Positions 59,108-64,000 of a stretch of DNA of 64,000 nucleotides are shown here, piece after piece. Position 1 is the stretch's first letter, and every line of letters starts with the position of its first letter. The position numbers and the translations under genes were made by a program. Below the pieces are notes generated by a model that saw only the letters and a program-made list of their open reading frames with translations, ran no database searches and was not told where the DNA came from. Origin of the DNA: Bacteroidota bacterium. Its GTDB lineage: Bacteria > Bacteroidota > Ignavibacteria > UBA10030 > SZUA-254. Location: the NCBI GenBank assembly GCA_049515655.1, contig JBEKTW010000005.1:22721-86720 (forward strand), read 5' to 3'.

Positions 59108-60637
59108 ATGAAATTCGAACGCTCAGCAGGAATCCTCCTCCACCCCACGTCGCTTCCCGGAAAGTTTGGAATTGGTGACATGGGAGCCGAGGCATTCAGG
59201 TTTGTTGACTTCCTGGAAGCGGCGGGACAGAAACTGTGGCAGGTTCTTCCTCTCGGTCCCACAGGTTATGGCGATTCACCCTATCAGACATTCTCCGCGT
59301 TTGCCGGAAATCCGCTCCTCGTGAGCCCTGAAAAGCTGACAGAGGATGGCCTTCTCGATCGCGAGGACTGCGACAGCGTACCGGATTCTGACCCGAAATG
59401 CGTCGACTTCGGGAGAGTTATCGGATACAAGATGGAACTGCTGAAAAGGGCATTTCAGAACTTCAAAACAAGAGCCGTTCACGACCGATCAGTAGCTTTC
59501 AAGAACTTCTGCACGGTCAACAAAAACTGGCTTGAGGATTATTCCACGTTCATGGCCCTCAAAGACCAGCATGGCGGAAAACACTGGGCACAGTGGGAAC
59601 CGGCGCTCGTTGCGCGGAAACAATCAGCCATTCACGACGCCGTACGGAAACACTCAGACGACATCATGTTTTACAAATTTGTCCAGTTCATCTTTTTCAA
59701 GCAATGGAATGAACTGAAGTCGTACGCGAACGGCAAGGGCATGAAGGTAGTCGGCGATTTGTCGATCTTCGTCGCCTATGACAGCGCCGACGTCTGGGCG
59801 AACAAGGACCTTTTCGACATCGACAAGGACGGGATTCTCCTGACGAAGGCAGGCGTGCCGCCGGATTACTTCAGTCCGACGGGACAACTATGGGGCAATC
59901 CGCTCTATCGGTGGGACGCGATGTCAAATGGGGATTTCCTGTGGTGGCGAAGCAGAATCTCGAAACTCCTGGAGCTCGTGGATATTATTCGCATCGACCA
60001 TTTCCGGGGATTCGACGCCTACTGGGAAATTCCCGGCGATGCCCCGACGGCTGAGAAAGGCCGCTGGGTCAAGAGTCCCGGCAAGAAGTTTTTTTCGACG
60101 GTCAAGAAACACCTGGGGGAATTGCCGATCATTGCGGAAGATTTAGGACTCATTACTAAATCTGTCAGGGCGTTGAGAGATGAATTTGATTTCCCCGGGA
60201 TGAAGATTCTCCAGTTCGCTTTCGGGACAGGCATGGAACGAAGATTTCTGCCGCATAATCTTGAGGCAAACTGCGTTGTGTATACCGGTTCACACGACAA
60301 CGATACCACACGGGGGTATTTTGAGAAAGCAAAACGCGACCACAACGATGTTTTTGCATCAGCCCAACGATATTTGAATTACCTCGGGAACGACATGCGC
60401 ATGGAGCTTATCCGCGCAGCTTACGCTACGGTCGCAAACACCGTTATTATTCCGATGCAGGACGTTTTGAATCTTGGTACGGAGGCACGGATGAATTTCC
60501 CCGGAAAGCTCGGCGGCAATTGGACATGGCGATTCACGTGGGATCAAATCTCCCCTTCGCTTGCAGGTGAGTTGAGGAGTCTGGCCGAGCTGTATGACCG
60601 GCCCCCGAAGCCCCAGCCCCCGGAAATCTCAATTTGA
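59108..60637 (+). CDS. malQ: 4-alpha-glucanotransferase (amylomaltase, GH77)
   Basis: The N-terminus SAGILLHPTSLPGKFGIGDMG is typical of MalQ. 509 aa. Confidence 0.9.
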   Translation: MKFERSAGILLHPTSLPGKFGIGDMGAEAFRFVDFLEAAGQKLWQVLPLGPTGYGDSPYQTFSAFAGNPLLVSPEKLTEDGLLDREDCDSVPDSDPKCVDFGRVIGYKMELLKRAFQNFKTRAVHDRSVAFKNFCTVNKNWLEDYSTFMALKDQHGGKHWAQWEPALVARKQSAIHDAVRKHSDDIMFYKFVQFIFFKQWNELKSYANGKGMKVVGDLSIFVAYDSADVWANKDLFDIDKDGILLTKAGVPPDYFSPTGQLWGNPLYRWDAMSNGDFLWWRSRISKLLELVDIIRIDHFRGFDAYWEIPGDAPTAEKGRWVKSPGKKFFSTVKKHLGELPIIAEDLGLITKSVRALRDEFDFPGMKILQFAFGTGMERRFLPHNLEANCVVYTGSHDNDTTRGYFEKAKRDHNDVFASAQRYLNYLGNDMRMELIRAAYATVANTVIIPMQDVLNLGTEARMNFPGKLGGNWTWRFTWDQISPSLAGELRSLAELYDRPPKPQPPEISI

Positions 60638-60677
60638 ATCGAAGCCCGGCCCTTTCATCATCACGACCACTCCGGAA

Positions 60678-62744
60678 ATGAGTACGATCGTCACCGATTC
60701 CGCATCTTCCCGGCCGTCTTCCTACGAGAGTTCCCACTCCAAACTTTTTGATTCCCTCTCTTCGAGCAAGGAGCTTGGCTGCACCGTCGAAAAGAAACGA
60801 ACGACGTTTCGCGTCTTTGCTCCCAGGGCTACGGGGGTTCAACTGGTTCTATTTGAGAAATACGATGACGAGAATGGTGAAGAGTTCGCCATGAAGCGAG
60901 ACCGCGACGGCGTTTGGAGCCATGTTATTCCAAAGAACCTCACGGGAACATTGTACGGCTACCGCGTCAGCGGCCCTGCGGGCAAAGGAGAAATGTTCGA
61001 CGACCGCGTTATCATCGGCGACCCGTACGCGAGAGCAGTCGTCACCAGGAACAATTATCACCACCCGGCGAAAACTCTCATCCTTGACACTTCGTACGAC
61101 TGGGAAGGCGATACCTTCGTGATTCCCCCGGACCATAACCGGCTCATCATTTACGAAGCCCACGTTCGCGACCTTACTGCCCACCCCTCGTCGGGAATCT
61201 CCGCACGGGGAACGTATCTCGGGCTGACGAAACAGGGCCAAACCGGCGGCATGTCGTATCTGAAGGATCTTGGAATCAATGCGATCGAGCTCATGCCTGT
61301 GCAGAAATTCGGCAACATAGAAATTCCTTTCCGCGATAAGACCGTTATCAACGAAGAGGGAGAATACAATACGTGGAATCCGTACTCGCGGAATCATTGG
61401 GGATATATGACGAGTTACTATTTCACTCCGGAGACCTACTACGCGACAGATGGGACAATGGAGCCGGCCAGGTATAACGGAATCGACGGGCGGGCCGTCG
61501 GAGAATTCAAGGATATGGTGAAGGCATTTCACCGTGAAGGCATCTCGGTGATACTGGATGTGGTGTTCAATCATACCTCCCAATACGATTACAATCCGTT
61601 CAAGTACATCGACAAATTCTACTATTACCACATTGATTCATCGGGCAGGTTCATGAAGAACTCCGGGTGTGGAAATGATTTCCGCACCGACCGGCCGATG
61701 TCACGACGGATGATCGTCGATTGCATCAAGTACTGGATGGCGGAATATCACATTGATGGATTCAGGTTCGATATTGCGACGATGATCGACCGTGAAACGT
61801 GCAAGGAGATTGCGGCCGAGGCGAAAATAATCAATCCCTCTGTTGCGCTCATTGCCGAGCCGTGGGGAGGCGGAAAATGGGACCCACCGGGATTCAGCGA
61901 CATTGGTTGGGCGGCATGGAACGACTGGTTCCGCAACAGCGTGAAAGGGCAAAACCCCGCGACGAACTTAGGCTTTATTTTTGGAAAACTTCAGGGAAGG
62001 AACACAACAAAATCTTTCATGAGCGCTTTGACCGGCACCCTGCGGGAAGACGGCGGCTTGTTCCTGAAAAAAGAGCATTCCATCAATTACCTTGAGTCGC
62101 ACGACAACTACACGTTGGGCGATTTTGTCCGCCTGGGTCTGGGCGACGCACAGGTGAACCAGGTCATTACCGATGTCGAATCCTTCGTTCGCCTCACGCC
62201 GCAGCAACTCGCGCTCCATAAACTCGCTGCGCTTTTTCTTTTGACTTCCCAGGGACCCGTCATGATACACGAGGGACAGGAATTCGCCCGCAGCAAAGTT
62301 ATTTCCCCTACCCCCGCTCCGGATCCGAAGGTCGGGATGTTGGATCACAATAGTTACGAAAAGGACAACGCGACAAATTACTTGAACTACACGCATCGGG
62401 AAATCAATCGCGAGTTGTATGACTACTACAAAGGATTAATTGAGCTGCGGCGACACCATTCGATTTTCGGGAGCGCGCCAAAGCGGGCACTGAAGTTCCT
62501 GGAAACGAAAGACGAATTTCTCATCGCCTTCAAATTGGGCCCGGAAAAATCTTTGAAGGAAGACAAAAGTTTTGTTGTGCTTCTCAACGGCAATCCGAAA
62601 CAATCCTTTGAGTTCGCTCCCCCCGATGGACGATGGACGATTGTTGCGAACGCGAATGGCGTCGCCTTGGACGGCAGGCTGGGAACCGCCTCCGGAAAAA
62701 TTGTCATCCCCGCGACGTCGGGTGTGATTCTGATGGAGGAGTAA
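60678..62744 (+). CDS. pullulanase-type alpha-1,6-glucosidase (GH13; glycogen debranching)
   Basis: HIDGFRFDIATMI, EPWGGG and YLESHDN are GH13 regions II to IV. The start was set at 60678 to avoid overlapping malQ. Confidence 0.8.
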   Translation: MSTIVTDSASSRPSSYESSHSKLFDSLSSSKELGCTVEKKRTTFRVFAPRATGVQLVLFEKYDDENGEEFAMKRDRDGVWSHVIPKNLTGTLYGYRVSGPAGKGEMFDDRVIIGDPYARAVVTRNNYHHPAKTLILDTSYDWEGDTFVIPPDHNRLIIYEAHVRDLTAHPSSGISARGTYLGLTKQGQTGGMSYLKDLGINAIELMPVQKFGNIEIPFRDKTVINEEGEYNTWNPYSRNHWGYMTSYYFTPETYYATDGTMEPARYNGIDGRAVGEFKDMVKAFHREGISVILDVVFNHTSQYDYNPFKYIDKFYYYHIDSSGRFMKNSGCGNDFRTDRPMSRRMIVDCIKYWMAEYHIDGFRFDIATMIDRETCKEIAAEAKIINPSVALIAEPWGGGKWDPPGFSDIGWAAWNDWFRNSVKGQNPATNLGFIFGKLQGRNTTKSFMSALTGTLREDGGLFLKKEHSINYLESHDNYTLGDFVRLGLGDAQVNQVITDVESFVRLTPQQLALHKLAALFLLTSQGPVMIHEGQEFARSKVISPTPAPDPKVGMLDHNSYEKDNATNYLNYTHREINRELYDYYKGLIELRRHHSIFGSAPKRALKFLETKDEFLIAFKLGPEKSLKEDKSFVVLLNGNPKQSFEFAPPDGRWTIVANANGVALDGRLGTASGKIVIPATSGVILMEE

Positions 62745-62749
62745 GGGCT

Positions 62750-64000
62750 TCAGCAGTACATCAAACCCACATACTTTTTGGCGCTTGCCTTCCACGTAAA
62801 CCGCGCTCGCGCGGCTTCCTCCTGGAAGCTCTTCCATAATTGCGGGTCCCCGACGCATATCTTGACCGCGCGCTCGACCGTCTGGACGAAGTTTTCCGCC
62901 TTCTCCTTGACGCTTCTTCCCGAAAAGCTGAAACCGTTCATGTTGTCGATGACGGTATCGCGCAAACCTCCGACTCGGTGGACTACGCAGGGCTGTCCCT
63001 CACGCATCGCCAGCATCTGACTGATTCCACAGGGTTCAAAGATGCTTGGCATGAGGAAGAGCGTTCCGTTCGCATACAGTGCCTCCGCGACCGAGCTGGA
63101 ATAGCCGTTGATGAAAATGAATCGCTCATGGCGTTTGAATACCTCGGAGAGCTTGTGTCCAAACTCCGGAGTTCCGGTTCCCAGAACGATGTAGAGTCCG
63201 CCGTATTCCTCAAGTTTGTCGAGAATTTTGTCCAACGCAGTCCCGGCCCTTCCGGTCTTCGCCAACATCAGCCGCACTTTTTGTTCCACAATTCTCGTAA
63301 CACTCGTGAGGACAACCTTCGGCACATCGGCCTTGAACCGGTCGATCCGGCGCAGCACTTCGGCCAACATTGGAATTTGCTCTTTGTCGTTCTGCCTTGT
63401 GAATTCACGCTTGATGAGATCACACAATTCACCGAATGATTTCTTCGGCGGATCGGAATTCCCATAGTCGCATCCGTTCAGGATCCCGAACAAGCGCTGC
63501 CGGTCCTTGACACCCTGAAGCAGATCTTCAAGACCGTCACCTCCGTGAAAACCGACGGCGGGATCGCCTGGCTTCAGTATTTCTTCCGCGTAATTCGGCG
63601 AGACCGTATTGATCGCGTCGGAACAGCGAATGCCGACGGCCATCGGCGTGTAGCACGGCACCTCGTACCGATGGTCCTTCCAACTTGCCACCCAGGATTG
63701 ATTCCTGAACAATTCGGGGAACCAGCTCTCCATGGACGACTCATCGCCCTGCATGGGCCTGGTTCCCTGAATTGCAAGATTATGAATCGTGAAGATGGTC
63801 TTCACACCCCTCATGTGATAGAAATCTTCATGGAGTTCTCTGAGCAACAGAAGTGTCGCGGCATGCCAATCGTGGAGATGAAGAATATAGGGAGTTTTGA
63901 TCGTTTTCAGGAAAACACCGACTGCGGAACAGAAGAGAGCGTACTTCGTCGCGTCGCGCCGGAAGGGCGTCTCAGGAGGGTCGTTCACATAGATGGGTTC
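62750..64000 (-). CDS. glgA: glycogen synthase (GlgA), partial; the N-terminus lies beyond the window end
   Basis: C-terminal GT-B motifs are present (HRVGGLRDTVID, FINGYSSSVAEALYANG). The usual KTGGL N-terminus is missing. Confidence 0.85.
   Translation of the reverse strand, partial: EPIYVNDPPETPFRRDATKYALFCSAVGVFLKTIKTPYILHLHDWHAATLLLLRELHEDFYHMRGVKTIFTIHNLAIQGTRPMQGDESSMESWFPELFRNQSWVASWKDHRYEVPCYTPMAVGIRCSDAINTVSPNYAEEILKPGDPAVGFHGGDGLEDLLQGVKDRQRLFGILNGCDYGNSDPPKKSFGELCDLIKREFTRQNDKEQIPMLAEVLRRIDRFKADVPKVVLTSVTRIVEQKVRLMLAKTGRAGTALDKILDKLEEYGGLYIVLGTGTPEFGHKLSEVFKRHERFIFINGYSSSVAEALYANGTLFLMPSIFEPCGISQMLAMREGQPCVVHRVGGLRDTVIDNMNGFSFSGRSVKEKAENFVQTVERAVKICVGDPQLWKSFQEEAARARFTWKASAKKYVGLMYC

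Overview
This is a 64 kb chromosomal segment at about 55-60% GC. It appears to come from an FCB-group bacterium (Bacteroidota/Ignavibacteriota-like), judged from the Bacteroidetes-type GlmM N-terminus, the T9SS C-terminal sorting domains and the abundant 'gtcattc...' palindromic intergenic repeats. Housekeeping genes form the backbone. Recognisable genes are hslVU, rpoN, dprA, glmM, tsaD, mltG, glyQS, a MacAB-like efflux operon, rpmB, pgsA, pgpA, cinA, thpR, recA, recX, deoC and a glycogen/alpha-glucan cluster (GH13, malQ, a pullulanase-type enzyme, glgA). Five accessory or unusual elements sit in this backbone. (1) A roughly 5.1 kb AT-richer island at 9.7-14.9 kb has exact 26-bp direct repeats at its ends and no integrase. 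It contains degenerate cassette-like repeats, an AbiGi-like protein, a HEPN-like protein and several unknown proteins, and is a candidate for a novel abortive-infection or defence module. (2) A purine-rich, stop-codon-dense repeat of about 250-340 bp occurs three times. Each copy fills an intergenic gap exactly from a stop codon to the next start codon, always in sense orientation, and one copy splits hslV from hslU. (3) The 48.3-51.4 kb region holds two 3'-5' exonuclease genes, one of them fused to a WYL-like domain. It also holds a tandem array of about 107-bp hairpin repeats surrounding an ORF6N gene, and MITE-like elements with 14-15 bp terminal inverted repeats. (4) Two tandem paralogous T9SS cargo proteins of about 1080 aa show mosaic near-identity. 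(5) Two BMC-related oddities: an orphan EutN/CcmL vertex gene, and a DeoC carrying an N-terminal encapsulation-peptide-like helix. I found no rRNA, tRNA or CRISPR arrays by eye.
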